A DNA stretch of 63,270 nt, the filler included. It is 5 parts of 5 records of this genome, joined end to end, with 100 filler letters (N's around TTAATTAATTAA, not from the genome) between each part and the next. Parts side by side here need not be neighbours in the genome. Positions count along the whole stretch, not along the records: positions 9,963 to 27,559 come from SRR20825010_176; positions 27,660 to 39,886 come from SRR20825010_179; 3 more parts are not named here. One strand, written 5' to 3'. Numbering within the stretch: position 1 is the first letter of the stretch; each line of letters starts with the position of its first letter. Under the pieces are notes generated by a model. It was not told the origin of the DNA and did not search any database. It worked only from the letters and a program-made list of their open reading frames with translations. A program made the position numbers and the translations under genes. Below, piece after piece: positions 19,100 through 27,977 of the stretch.

Positions 19100-20835
19100 A
19101 ACTGATCATCGTTACCGCCTGCCCTCAGGGAGTTGCCACCAGCTTCTTGGCAGCCCGAGCCCTGGAACGGGCCGCGCAGCAAAAGGGCTGGGAAGCCAGA
19201 ACAGACATTCGCAGCCCGCAGCAGCCACTGTCGTCCCTGCCCGAGGATGTCATCGAATCGTCGGATCTGGTCATCGCCGCAACCGGCACACCAACCGACC
19301 TGAATGCCTACGCTGGAAAGCACCTGTACCAGATCCCGGTAACGGCGGCGTTGCCCGACCCGGCAGCGGTACTGGAGCAGGCGAAAAAACAGGCCGAGCC
19401 CTACCAACCCTCGGCAGTAACGCAACCAGAACCCGTAGCCGCCGGTGCCGCCGGCAAACGCATTGTTGCGGTCACCGCCTGCCCCACCGGTGTTGCCCAC
19501 ACTTTTATGGCGGCAGAAGCCCTGACCGCCGCCGCGACCGCTGCTGGCCATCAGATCCGCGTGGAAACCCAGGGCTCCGTGGGCGCCCAGGATCCACTGA
19601 CCGCTGAGGAAATCGAGGCGGCGGATCTGGTGATCCTGGCCTGTGATATCGAAGTCGACCCCAGCCGTTTTGCCGGCAAGCGCCTTTGGCGCACGTCCAC
19701 CGGCAGCGCCCTGAAAAAACCGGGGCCCACCATTGATGACGCCATGACCAATGCCTCTGTCGAGGAAGGCCAGAAAAAAGCGACCTCAGGAGGTGGTGGC
19801 GAGAAACGCGGCCCCTACAAGCATTTGCTGACGGGCGTATCCTTCATGCTGCCCATGGTGGTGGCCGGCGGCCTGCTGATCGCCCTGTCATTCGTGTTCG
19901 GCATTGACGCATTCGAAGAGGAAGGCACCCTGGCAGCCGCGCTGATGCAGATCGGCGGCGGCACCGCCTTCCAGTTGATGATTCCCCTGTTGGCCGGCTA
20001 TATCGCCTGGTCCATCGCCGACCGGCCGGGCCTGGCGCCGGGAATGATTGGCGGCTACCTGGCCAGCACCCTTGGCGCAGGCTTCCTGGGCGGCATCATC
20101 GCGGGCTTCCTGGCGGGCTACGTCGCCCGTTTCATCAGCCAGAAGCTGCCAATGCCCGAGAGCATCGAATCCCTCAAACCCATCCTGATCATTCCGCTGC
20201 TGGCCAGCCTGGTCACCGGCCTGGCCATGATCTACGTGATCGGCGAACCCGCCGCCGCCCTGATGGATGGGCTGACCAACTTCCTGGAAGGCATGGGCAC
20301 CACCAACGCCATCCTGCTGGGCGGTATTCTCGGAGCCATGATGTGCTTTGACCTGGGTGGGCCGGTGAACAAGGCCGCCTATACCTTCGGTGTCGGTTTA
20401 CTCTCGGAAGGCAGCGGTGGTTCGGCCCCCATGGCGGCGATCATGGCCGCGGGCATGGTGCCCGCCATCGGCATGGGTGTGGCGAGCTTTATTGCCCGCG
20501 CCAAGTTTGCAGAGGCCGAACGGCAGGCCGGGCGGGCCTCCTTCGTACTGGGGCTGTGCTTTATCTCCGAAGGTGCGATCCCCTTCATGGCCAAAGACCC
20601 ACTGCGCGTGATTCCGGTGTGCATGGTGGGGGGCGCCATCACGGGCGCCCTGTCCATGCTGTTCACTGTCAAGCTCATGGCACCCCATGGCGGTCTGTTC
20701 GTGCTCGCCATTCCCAACGCGGTAAGCACAGTACTGCCCTATGTGGCCGCCATTGCCATCGGTTCGCTGGTAATCGGGTTTGGCTACGCCATGATCAAGA
20801 CCGGCAAGGCCGAGGTGGCAACCGCCTCTTCTTAG
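19096..20835 (+). CDS. fruA: PTS fructose transporter EIIB'BC
   Basis: Two EIIB repeats (VTACPQGVA; VTACPTGVAHTFMAAE) followed by EIIC (KHLLTGVSFMLP, DLGGPVNKAAY, ISEGAIPF). ATGA overlap with fruK. Confidence 0.95.
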   Translation: MKLIIVTACPQGVATSFLAARALERAAQQKGWEARTDIRSPQQPLSSLPEDVIESSDLVIAATGTPTDLNAYAGKHLYQIPVTAALPDPAAVLEQAKKQAEPYQPSAVTQPEPVAAGAAGKRIVAVTACPTGVAHTFMAAEALTAAATAAGHQIRVETQGSVGAQDPLTAEEIEAADLVILACDIEVDPSRFAGKRLWRTSTGSALKKPGPTIDDAMTNASVEEGQKKATSGGGGEKRGPYKHLLTGVSFMLPMVVAGGLLIALSFVFGIDAFEEEGTLAAALMQIGGGTAFQLMIPLLAGYIAWSIADRPGLAPGMIGGYLASTLGAGFLGGIIAGFLAGYVARFISQKLPMPESIESLKPILIIPLLASLVTGLAMIYVIGEPAAALMDGLTNFLEGMGTTNAILLGGILGAMMCFDLGGPVNKAAYTFGVGLLSEGSGGSAPMAAIMAAGMVPAIGMGVASFIARAKFAEAERQAGRASFVLGLCFISEGAIPFMAKDPLRVIPVCMVGGAITGALSMLFTVKLMAPHGGLFVLAIPNAVSTVLPYVAAIAIGSLVIGFGYAMIKTGKAEVATASS

Positions 20836-20847
20836 CAGACCTCCCCT

Positions 20848-20875
20848 CCGGGGGCGCTTGACGCCCCCGGTATTT
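20848..20875 (+). terminator. Stem-loop after fruA
   Basis: CCGGGGGCG-CTTGA-CGCCCCCGG followed by TATTT. Confidence 0.7.
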
Positions 20876-20917
20876 GCGGCGATGGTATCCGCCAGATCCA
20901 CACACAAGGACGCCGTG

Positions 20918-21625
20918 ATGAAAATTCTGTCTGCCCTGATCCTGGCGATTGCCGCCATTGTTTCCGCATCGCTCATCGCCGATGGCCTGACCGGGCTGCG
21001 TACCGGAGACCGGTTCGTCACCGTCAAGGGCGTTGCGGAACGGGAGGTGCAGGCAGACCTGGCACTCTGGCCCCTGCGTTTCGTCGCTACCGGCAACAGC
21101 CTGGACGAAGCCCGCGAGAAGGCCCGCAGCAGCCGCGAAGCCATTATGGCCTTCCTCAAGCTGCAAGCCATCGACACAGACGCAGTGGAACTGCAACGCC
21201 TGGACGTTACGGACACCCGCGCCAATCCCTACCAGGAAAGCAACGGCCAGAAGTTCATCATCAACCAGACCCTGATGGTTCGCAGCGACGACATCGATCG
21301 CATTCGCCAGGCCGCGCAGTCTGTCAGTGAACTGGTGGATTCCGGCGTCATTCTGTCATCCGATTATGGCCCAGGCGGGCCGACTTACCTGTTTAACCGG
21401 TTGAACGACATCAAACCCGAGATGATTGCCGAGGCCACCGCCGCCGCCCGCGAGGCCGCCGCACAGTTTGCCAGGGATGCAAAAACTGAATTGGGGAACC
21501 TGCGCCGCGCCAATCAGGGCGTGTTCCAGATCCTGGCCCGAGACCAGGCACCAGGCGTCAGCGAAGGCCAACAGCCGATTAAAACCGTCCGGGTGGTGAC
21601 CACCGTGGAGTACTATCTTAAATAG
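20918..21625 (+). CDS. SIMPL domain (DUF541) protein
   Basis: Signal/anchor helix, then RFVTVKGVAEREVQADLALWP…LNDIKPEMIAEAT…ANQGVFQI…KTVRVVTTVEY. Confidence 0.9.
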   Translation: MKILSALILAIAAIVSASLIADGLTGLRTGDRFVTVKGVAEREVQADLALWPLRFVATGNSLDEAREKARSSREAIMAFLKLQAIDTDAVELQRLDVTDTRANPYQESNGQKFIINQTLMVRSDDIDRIRQAAQSVSELVDSGVILSSDYGPGGPTYLFNRLNDIKPEMIAEATAAAREAAAQFARDAKTELGNLRRANQGVFQILARDQAPGVSEGQQPIKTVRVVTTVEYYLK

Positions 21626-21639
21626 GCAGTCGCCACCGG

Positions 21640-22713
21640 CTACTGGGTCTGCACCATTTCATCGGTAACCTGATAGCGGCCGGCCAGCCAATGCAGGATC
21701 TCCCTGGCGGCCGGGTGATCAAAGCGGCCATAACATTCCGTCAGCGCCTGATGGCGTTCGGTACTGAGCCTGTGCAAGCCGGCATCCTGCAACAGGAGCA
21801 GATCGGCCTGTACCTGCTGCGCCAACTCTTTGCCCAACACTTCCTCGGCGGCCAGTTGGAAGGCCTTGCCATACTGGTAGCCGGGCCCCTGTTCGTAGCT
21901 ACGGGCCAGGGTGATGGCCGGAATCGCAGTGAGCGTTGGCTGTAACGCGGGATTAATGGCGTGGCCCGAGAGGTACGGGCCGTTGGCCGCCGGCCGGCCG
22001 GTGAATGCCCGCAGGTGAAGATGCCGGGACATACGATCACCGTCGTTCACCGGGTAGTTATCCCACAGCACCGGCTTGCGCCCCAGCGCTTCTGAAACAC
22101 GCTGCAGGTGGCCCGGCGATATCTCCCGCGAACACACCTCCTCGCCCGTCCAGAACACCTGCACTGACGGGTCCAGTGCCTTGCCTAGATCTTCCAGGTA
22201 ATGCTCGGGACGAGGACCAAACACCCGGTCCAGCACCGGATCATCGGAGTAGTAGCTGGGGCAGACGGTCAGTTGGTCCGCTGTACTGCGTTCTGCCACC
22301 CAGTGAATGATCTCCGCCTGTCGGGCCGCCAGTTCCGGTGTATCGCTTTTCATGTCATCAAACAGGATCGCCAGATCGGTGATACCCAACTGATCAAACG
22401 CTGCCAGTTTTTGCGTCAGCGCGGTTTTCGCCGAGCCATCGAAATTGTTGAACACCTCGAACGGGCTCAGGCCAATGCCGAACCGGACTCCGTGACTGCC
22501 ACAAAACCGGGCGAAATCGGCCAGCTCATCGGCCTCCGCTTGTGGATGCGGCTCGTTCCACTGGCGCCGGAGAAAAGCATCCGCCTTGGGTGCGTACCAA
22601 TAGTTCCGATAACCATGGGGAGCCAGTGCCGCAACCAGCTGCCGACGCTCTTCCCAGCTCCACAAAGGACCATAGAAGCCTTCGATGATTCCCAGTGGGG
22701 GTTGCTCTGCCAT
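21640..22713 (-). CDS. GH84 beta-N-acetylglucosaminidase (O-GlcNAcase/hyaluronidase-like) catalytic domain
   Basis: GIIEGFYG..W, YAPKAD, catalytic ILFDD, FWTG and WDNYPVND motifs. An alternative start at 22725 is possible. Confidence 0.88.
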   Translation of the reverse strand: MAEQPPLGIIEGFYGPLWSWEERRQLVAALAPHGYRNYWYAPKADAFLRRQWNEPHPQAEADELADFARFCGSHGVRFGIGLSPFEVFNNFDGSAKTALTQKLAAFDQLGITDLAILFDDMKSDTPELAARQAEIIHWVAERSTADQLTVCPSYYSDDPVLDRVFGPRPEHYLEDLGKALDPSVQVFWTGEEVCSREISPGHLQRVSEALGRKPVLWDNYPVNDGDRMSRHLHLRAFTGRPAANGPYLSGHAINPALQPTLTAIPAITLARSYEQGPGYQYGKAFQLAAEEVLGKELAQQVQADLLLLQDAGLHRLSTERHQALTECYGRFDHPAAREILHWLAGRYQVTDEMVQTQ

Positions 22714-22819
22714 GGGCGTTTCCATTTCGCGAGTACACAGATGGTTTACCGTCCAGAGGGTATCTCATCAGGCCGTGGGGGTCACCGGACAAGTTTAGCA
22801 ATGTCGGCTAGACTTCTCG

Positions 22820-22870
22820 TACTGATGATGTAGTGATGAGTAGTGATGAGTAGTGATGAGCAGTGACGAT
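22820..22870. repeat. 10-bp tandem repeat (TAGTGATGAG)x3 with degenerate flanking copies
   Basis: Three exact copies at 22831-22860, flanked by TACTGATGATG and CAGTGACGAT. Confidence 0.95.
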
Positions 22871-22915
22871 TCACATCCGCTCTCCGATTACCCATGTGGA
22901 TAAGGAGCCTGGCAA

Positions 22916-23380
22916 ATGGACATTAAAAGCTTTGAAGACCTGATTGAGTGGGCTCGCGAGCTCCACGCCCACCTGTCCCGATGTTTGTCGGAGTGCTCAA
23001 CAAAGAACAAGGAGGAGCGAGCCCGGGCACTGCTGACGTATCTGGCGGACCATGAGGCCGAACTCGAGCGCATCACGGCGGAGTTCGAGAAACAGGCCGA
23101 TTCAAGGGCTTTGAAAACAAGGCTCTACGACTACCTGAACGACGAACACAAGGCCATCAAAACCCACCGCACCTGCGATGATCATTACGCCAGTCTCGAC
23201 TTCGACAGCATTGTTCGTGAGGTGTTCGACTTCCATGATCAGCTGATCGACCTGTATGACAGCCTGGCCGGCAAGGCCGAAATTCCGGAAGCGAAAGAAC
23301 TCGCTGAATCCCTTCGCGCCATGGAGGAGAACGAAGCCATGAGGCTCGCGAGGCAGATTGGCATGATGGATGATGTCTGA
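22916..23380 (+). CDS. Ferritin-like four-helix protein
   Basis: 154 aa, acidic and helical, with LADHE and EENE patterns. Strong RBS TAAGGAG. Confidence 0.6.
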   Translation: MDIKSFEDLIEWARELHAHLSRCLSECSTKNKEERARALLTYLADHEAELERITAEFEKQADSRALKTRLYDYLNDEHKAIKTHRTCDDHYASLDFDSIVREVFDFHDQLIDLYDSLAGKAEIPEAKELAESLRAMEENEAMRLARQIGMMDDV

Positions 23381-23430
23381 ATTCTTCCACTCTCTGTACA
23401 TGAAAACTGGAAATCGCGAGTCACCGATAG

Positions 23431-23450
23431 TACTGTATATATAAACAGTA
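23431..23450. promoter_or_regulatory. LexA (SOS) box
   Basis: TACTGTATATATAAACAGTA, one mismatch from the gammaproteobacterial consensus, 15 nt upstream of the radical SAM start codon. Confidence 0.93.
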
Positions 23451-23465
23451 TCGGGAGTTTCCCCC

Positions 23466-24527
23466 ATGAAGACTCGCGCGACACCCCTCAACCCACAGAA
23501 CCGCTTCCAGCCCATAGTGACGGACCGCCAATACGATGATGGCTGGTATCAGGACCCCGCTGACGATACCTGCCCGGACTCACTGGCAACCGAAGTGGTG
23601 GATGAACAGGTGCGTACGATTATCAGCCGGAACCAGTCGCCGGATGTGCCGTTCGACCAGTCCATAAATCCGTACCGAGGTTGCGAGCATGCGTGCATAT
23701 ACTGCTTTGCCCGGCCTACCCATGCGTACTGGGACATGTCGCCGGGGCTGGACTTCGAAACCCGGCTGATCGCCAAACCCAATGCTGCGGAACAGCTTCG
23801 AAGGGAGCTCGATAAACCCGGCTACCGTGTGTCGCCAATTGCCCTTGGCGTGAACACCGATGCCTATCAGCCGGTTGAGAAGCACCGGGAAATTACCCGC
23901 GACGTCCTCAAGGTGTTGGTCGAGTATCGCCATCCGGTGTCCATTATCACCAAGGGGGCACTGATTCTGAGGGACCTGGACCTGCTGTCAGAACTGGCAC
24001 ATCAGGGCCTGTGTTCCGTTCGGGTCAGCTTAACCACCCTGGACAATACCCTGAAGCGCCAGATGGAACCTCGCACTGCAGCGCCGGCGACACGCCTGAA
24101 AGTCATCCGTGAGCTGGCCGCTGCCGGCGTACCAACGGGCATCATCCTGGGGCCGGTTATCCCGTTCATCAACGATCATGAAATTGAGAGCATTCTGGGG
24201 GTCGCAGCAGAGGCAGGTGCGGAACGGGCAAGCTGGATCATGCTTCGCCTGCCGCTGGAACTGGATGAGCTGTTCCAGGACTGGTTGCAGCGGCACTTTC
24301 CAGACCGGGCCAGTCATGTGATGAATCGCATGCGCGATTTGCGGGGTGGCAAAAGTTACGATGCCCAGTTCGGGCGCAGAATGACAGGAACGGGCCCCTA
24401 CGCAGATCTTGTCCGCCAGCGCTTCGCAAAGCGCGCAAGGCAACTGGGCCTGAACCTTCATCAGGCAGAACCCCTTAGAAGCGACCTCTTCAGGCGTCCT
24501 GCGGGTGAGCAGATCGGATTGTTCTAG
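23466..24527 (+). CDS. PA0069/Rv2578c family radical SAM protein (spore-photoproduct-lyase-like, putative DNA repair)
   Basis: NPYRGCEHACIYCFARP (CxxxCxxC), NTDAYQP and LRLPLEL motifs. SOS box upstream. Confidence 0.93.
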   Translation: MKTRATPLNPQNRFQPIVTDRQYDDGWYQDPADDTCPDSLATEVVDEQVRTIISRNQSPDVPFDQSINPYRGCEHACIYCFARPTHAYWDMSPGLDFETRLIAKPNAAEQLRRELDKPGYRVSPIALGVNTDAYQPVEKHREITRDVLKVLVEYRHPVSIITKGALILRDLDLLSELAHQGLCSVRVSLTTLDNTLKRQMEPRTAAPATRLKVIRELAAAGVPTGIILGPVIPFINDHEIESILGVAAEAGAERASWIMLRLPLELDELFQDWLQRHFPDRASHVMNRMRDLRGGKSYDAQFGRRMTGTGPYADLVRQRFAKRARQLGLNLHQAEPLRSDLFRRPAGEQIGLF

Positions 24528-24709
24528 ACCGGGAACATTACCTCATGCTGACCAGCGGGAGAAAGTCGTAAGACCTAGGTCGTACAGAGGCGGGTTTTTC
24601 ATTCCGTTTCTTAACGTTTGTTGATAACTTGAACTAGAATTAGGAGTTACTTTCCCAGACAGAGGGAGAGGCTCTCAACACAACAACGACAAAAGAGGCT
24701 AGAAGAGCA

Positions 24710-25786
24710 ATGAAGATCCGTTCTGTTCTATCCGCGGCTGTGCTGGCTGTAGCAACTACCTTTGCTTCCACACAAGCCCTCGCTCAAGACACGTTTACCC
24801 TGCGCCTGGCCGAGACCTGGGGGCCCAACTTCCCGATTTTCGGTGACACCACCAAACGGTTCGCTGAAACTGTCGAAAAGATGTCCGACGGCCGCCTGAA
24901 GGTCCGCATCGACTCGTCAAACAAGCACAAAGCGCCCTTCGGTGTCTTTGATATGGTCAAGGCCGGCCAGTACGACATGGGTCATTCCGCGTCCTACTAC
25001 TGGAAAGGCAAAGTACCCAACACCCTGTTCTTCACAAGCATGCCTTTCGGCATGAACGCGATGGAACAATACGCCTGGTTCTACCACGGCGGTGGTATGG
25101 AACTGATGCAGGAGGTTTACGAACCCCACAACATGCTGTCGTTCCCGGGTGGCAACACCGGCGTTCAAATGGGCGGCTGGTTTCGCAAGGAAATCAATAC
25201 TCTCGAAGACCTGCAGGGCCTGAAGATGCGTATTCCTGGCTTCGCCGGTGAGGTGTTTGCAGAAGTAGGCGTTAATCCGACCAACATCCCACCGGGCGAG
25301 CTTTACACAGCCCTGGAACGCAACACCATTGACGCGGTTGAGTGGGTTGGTCCTTCCCTGGATCTGCGTCTCGGTTTCCAGCAAATTGCAGACTATTACT
25401 ACACTGGCTGGCACGAGCCCGCCACGGAGCTGCAGTTCCTGGTGAACAAGAAGGTATGGGAAAAACTGCCAGCCGACCTTCGTGAAATCATGCGCGTCGC
25501 TATGCGCACAGCCTCCTACGACATGCTGGTTCACTCTCAGCACGCAAACGCAGAAGCCTGGGCCAACATCAAGGAAGAGTACCCGAACGTACAGATCAAG
25601 AAATTCCCTGAGGAAATCTTCCAGGCCATGCACGAGGCCAACGAGAAACTCCTGAAAGAAGCGGCAGCGAACAATGAGCAAGCCGCAAAGATTGTAAAAT
25701 CCCAACAGGAATATCTTGAGAAGAGCCGGGCCTACACGGACATTTCCGAGCGGGCCTACCTAAACACGATGGCAGAAGTCGAGTAA
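24710..25786 (+). CDS. dctP: TRAP transporter solute-binding protein (TakP-like)
   Basis: Signal peptide (ALA-Q); GNTGVQMGGWF, GLKMRIPG, EWVGP and GWHEP motifs. Confidence 0.93.
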   Translation: MKIRSVLSAAVLAVATTFASTQALAQDTFTLRLAETWGPNFPIFGDTTKRFAETVEKMSDGRLKVRIDSSNKHKAPFGVFDMVKAGQYDMGHSASYYWKGKVPNTLFFTSMPFGMNAMEQYAWFYHGGGMELMQEVYEPHNMLSFPGGNTGVQMGGWFRKEINTLEDLQGLKMRIPGFAGEVFAEVGVNPTNIPPGELYTALERNTIDAVEWVGPSLDLRLGFQQIADYYYTGWHEPATELQFLVNKKVWEKLPADLREIMRVAMRTASYDMLVHSQHANAEAWANIKEEYPNVQIKKFPEEIFQAMHEANEKLLKEAAANNEQAAKIVKSQQEYLEKSRAYTDISERAYLNTMAEVE

Positions 25787-25803
25787 CATATCGGCAGTAA
25801 CTG

Positions 25804-25837
25804 AGCCGGGATCGCTCTAGCAGTGATCCCGGTTTTG
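25804..25837 (+). terminator. Stem-loop with U-tract between dctP and dctQ
   Basis: GCCGGGATCGCT…AGTGATCCCGGT followed by TTTG. Confidence 0.65.
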
Positions 25838-25886
25838 TCGTTTATAGCAATTGAAAAATCGCCGGCTCGCTGGCGGAGGACAATCA

Positions 25887-26432
25887 ATGCGTTGGATTAT
25901 CAAGCTGGACGAGGGCCTGGCCACCCTGTCCATTTTTTGCGGCTGGGTGGCCTGTGCCGCAATGATTCTGATGGCCGGTAACGTCTTCTACGACGTAGTA
26001 GCCCGCTACGCTTTCAATGAAGTTTCGATCGGTATGCAGGAAATGGAGTGGCATCTCTATTCCGTGGTGTTCCTGCTGGGCATCCCCTACGCATTGCGCA
26101 CGGACGGCCATGTTCGCGTAGACGTTTTCTACACCCGCTGGCGTGACAAGACCAAGGCCTGGGTCAACATCGTTGGTGCTGTTATCTTTGTCATCCCCTT
26201 TGCCTACCTGATCTGGAACTACGGTTACGATTTTGCCGTTGAGTCCTACAGCATGGGCGAAGGCAGCGGCGACCCGGGTGGGCTACCCCATCGCTGGGTG
26301 ATCAAGAGCGTGATCCCGATTTCCGCGGTGTTTACCGGTATCGCCGGGTTCAACATGGTGACCTTCGCAATACGGGTTATCTCCGGCGACAAGACCTATG
26401 AGCCCAAGCACGGCGCGGAGGGTCTCGCATGA
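25887..26432 (+). CDS. dctQ: TRAP transporter small permease
   Basis: Four TM segments; QEMEWHL, GHVRVD and GDPGGLP motifs. GGAGG RBS before ATG 25887. Confidence 0.92.
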   Translation: MRWIIKLDEGLATLSIFCGWVACAAMILMAGNVFYDVVARYAFNEVSIGMQEMEWHLYSVVFLLGIPYALRTDGHVRVDVFYTRWRDKTKAWVNIVGAVIFVIPFAYLIWNYGYDFAVESYSMGEGSGDPGGLPHRWVIKSVIPISAVFTGIAGFNMVTFAIRVISGDKTYEPKHGAEGLA

Positions 26433-27559
26433 TCGGTATGATTATGTTCGGAGCCGCCCTCCTCCTGCTGATGCTGGGCTTCCCGGTTGCCTTTACCTTT
26501 GGCGGCGTTGCCCTGTTTTTCGGGATCTATGCCGAAGGCATGGATCTGTTTGCTTTCATGCCTTATCGCATTATGAGCGTCATGCAGAACACGGTGCTGA
26601 TGGCGGTGCCATTGTTCATCTTCATGGGTGTGGTCCTGCAACGCACGCGGCTGGCCGAGCAATTGCTGACCTCCATGGGCCGCCTGTTCGGTGGATTGCC
26701 AGGGGGCCTGGCCATTTCCACCATCCTGGTAGGTGCCCTGCTCGCCGCATCAACGGGCGTCGTCGGTGCCAGTGTGGTAGCCATGGGTCTGATCTCTCTC
26801 CCCGTGATGCTGGCCCATAACTACGACAAGCGGCTTGCAACGGGCACTATCTGTGCGTCCGGCACACTGGGCCAGATCGTACCGCCTTCGATTATCCTGA
26901 TTATCCTTGGCGACGTGCTCGGGCTCCCGGTTGGCGACCTCTTCAGGGCAGCCGTTATCCCAGGTGTGGTGCTGGTCGGTCTGTACATCATCTACATCCT
27001 TGTTCTCACCCGCTTCAAGCCTGAAACCGGCCCCGCCATGCCGGATGACAGCGGACTGTCACGGGGCAAGGAAATCCGTGCAGCGCTGCTGGCGATTATC
27101 CCGCCGCTGGCGTTGATCATCGTCGTACTGGGCTCCATCTTTGCCGGTATTGCCACCCCCACGGAATCTTCGGCGCTCGGTGGTGTCGGCGCCGTGGTGC
27201 TGGCCATCATTTACCGCCAGTTCTCCTTCAAGATGGTGTGGGATGCCTCAAAGGACACGGTGAAGGTCACTGCCATGGTGTTCGCCATCCTCGTCGGTGC
27301 AACCGCATTCTCGATGGTGTTCAGCTACACCGGTGGCGATTACCTGCTGGAAGAATGGCTACTGCAGCTTCCCGGCGAAAAATGGGGTTTCATCATCCTG
27401 GCCATGCTGGTCATCCTGGTGCTGGGCTTCTTCATCGACTTCGTGGAAATTTCGTTCATCATCGTTCCGATCCTGGCACCAGTGGCGGAAGCCATGGGCA
27501 TCAACATGCTGTGGTTCGCGATTCTGATTGCCATGAACCTGCAAACCAGTTTCCTGACG
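26429..27559 (+). CDS. dctM: TRAP transporter large permease, 3'-truncated
   Basis: GFPVAF, LMAVPLF, GTLGQIVPPS and ATPTES motifs. Runs into the spacer. Confidence 0.93.
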
Positions 27560-27659
27560 NNNNNNNNNNNNNNNNNNNNNNNNNNNNNNNNNNNNNNNNN
27601 NNNTTAATTAATTAANNNNNNNNNNNNNNNNNNNNNNNNNNNNNNNNNNNNNNNNNNNN
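27560..27659. other. Artificial contig-joining spacer
   Basis: N44-TTAATTAATTAA-N44. Confidence 0.99.
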
Positions 27660-27977
27660 GTCCAGTACCACGTGGTTGGCGCGGCGGAACCGCTTGTCCC
27701 ATTGATCAAAACTGGGTTCAGCCAGCACAACACGCATGGCGCCATACCAGGTTTGGAACAGGCGTGCCAAGGCGGAAATTCCACTTTCAATACCGGTGAC
27801 AGCCAATACAGATTCACATTCGAAATAACGTGCGGCCTCCAGATGAAAACGCGAACGAAGCAAATCAGGGCTTGCCCAGACATGGGCAGGCATGTCGGGA
27901 AGTGGCAGCTCAAACGGCGCCACCGAGCCTGACAAATCCAGCTTGGCTTTTTGCTGTATACGGGTTTCAATGAACAT
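27660..27977 (-). CDS. CobD/CobC-like PLP-dependent enzyme, N-terminal fragment (3'-truncated)
   Basis: LDLSGSVAPF…LEAARYFECESVLAVTGIESGISAL…RVVLAEPSF resembles the N-terminus of threonine-phosphate decarboxylase-like class I/II aminotransferases. Overlaps the spoVR stop by 11 nt. Confidence 0.5.

Noticed and set aside
22831..22860. Possible CRISPR array
   Set aside because: The 10-bp units are contiguous with no spacers, and no cas genes are present in the window.
1..27559. Fructose PTS, channel and GH84 genes as cargo of the Bacteroidota ICE
   Set aside because: They are separated from the ICE by an artificial spacer and have very different composition and RBS style, so there is no evidence of linkage.
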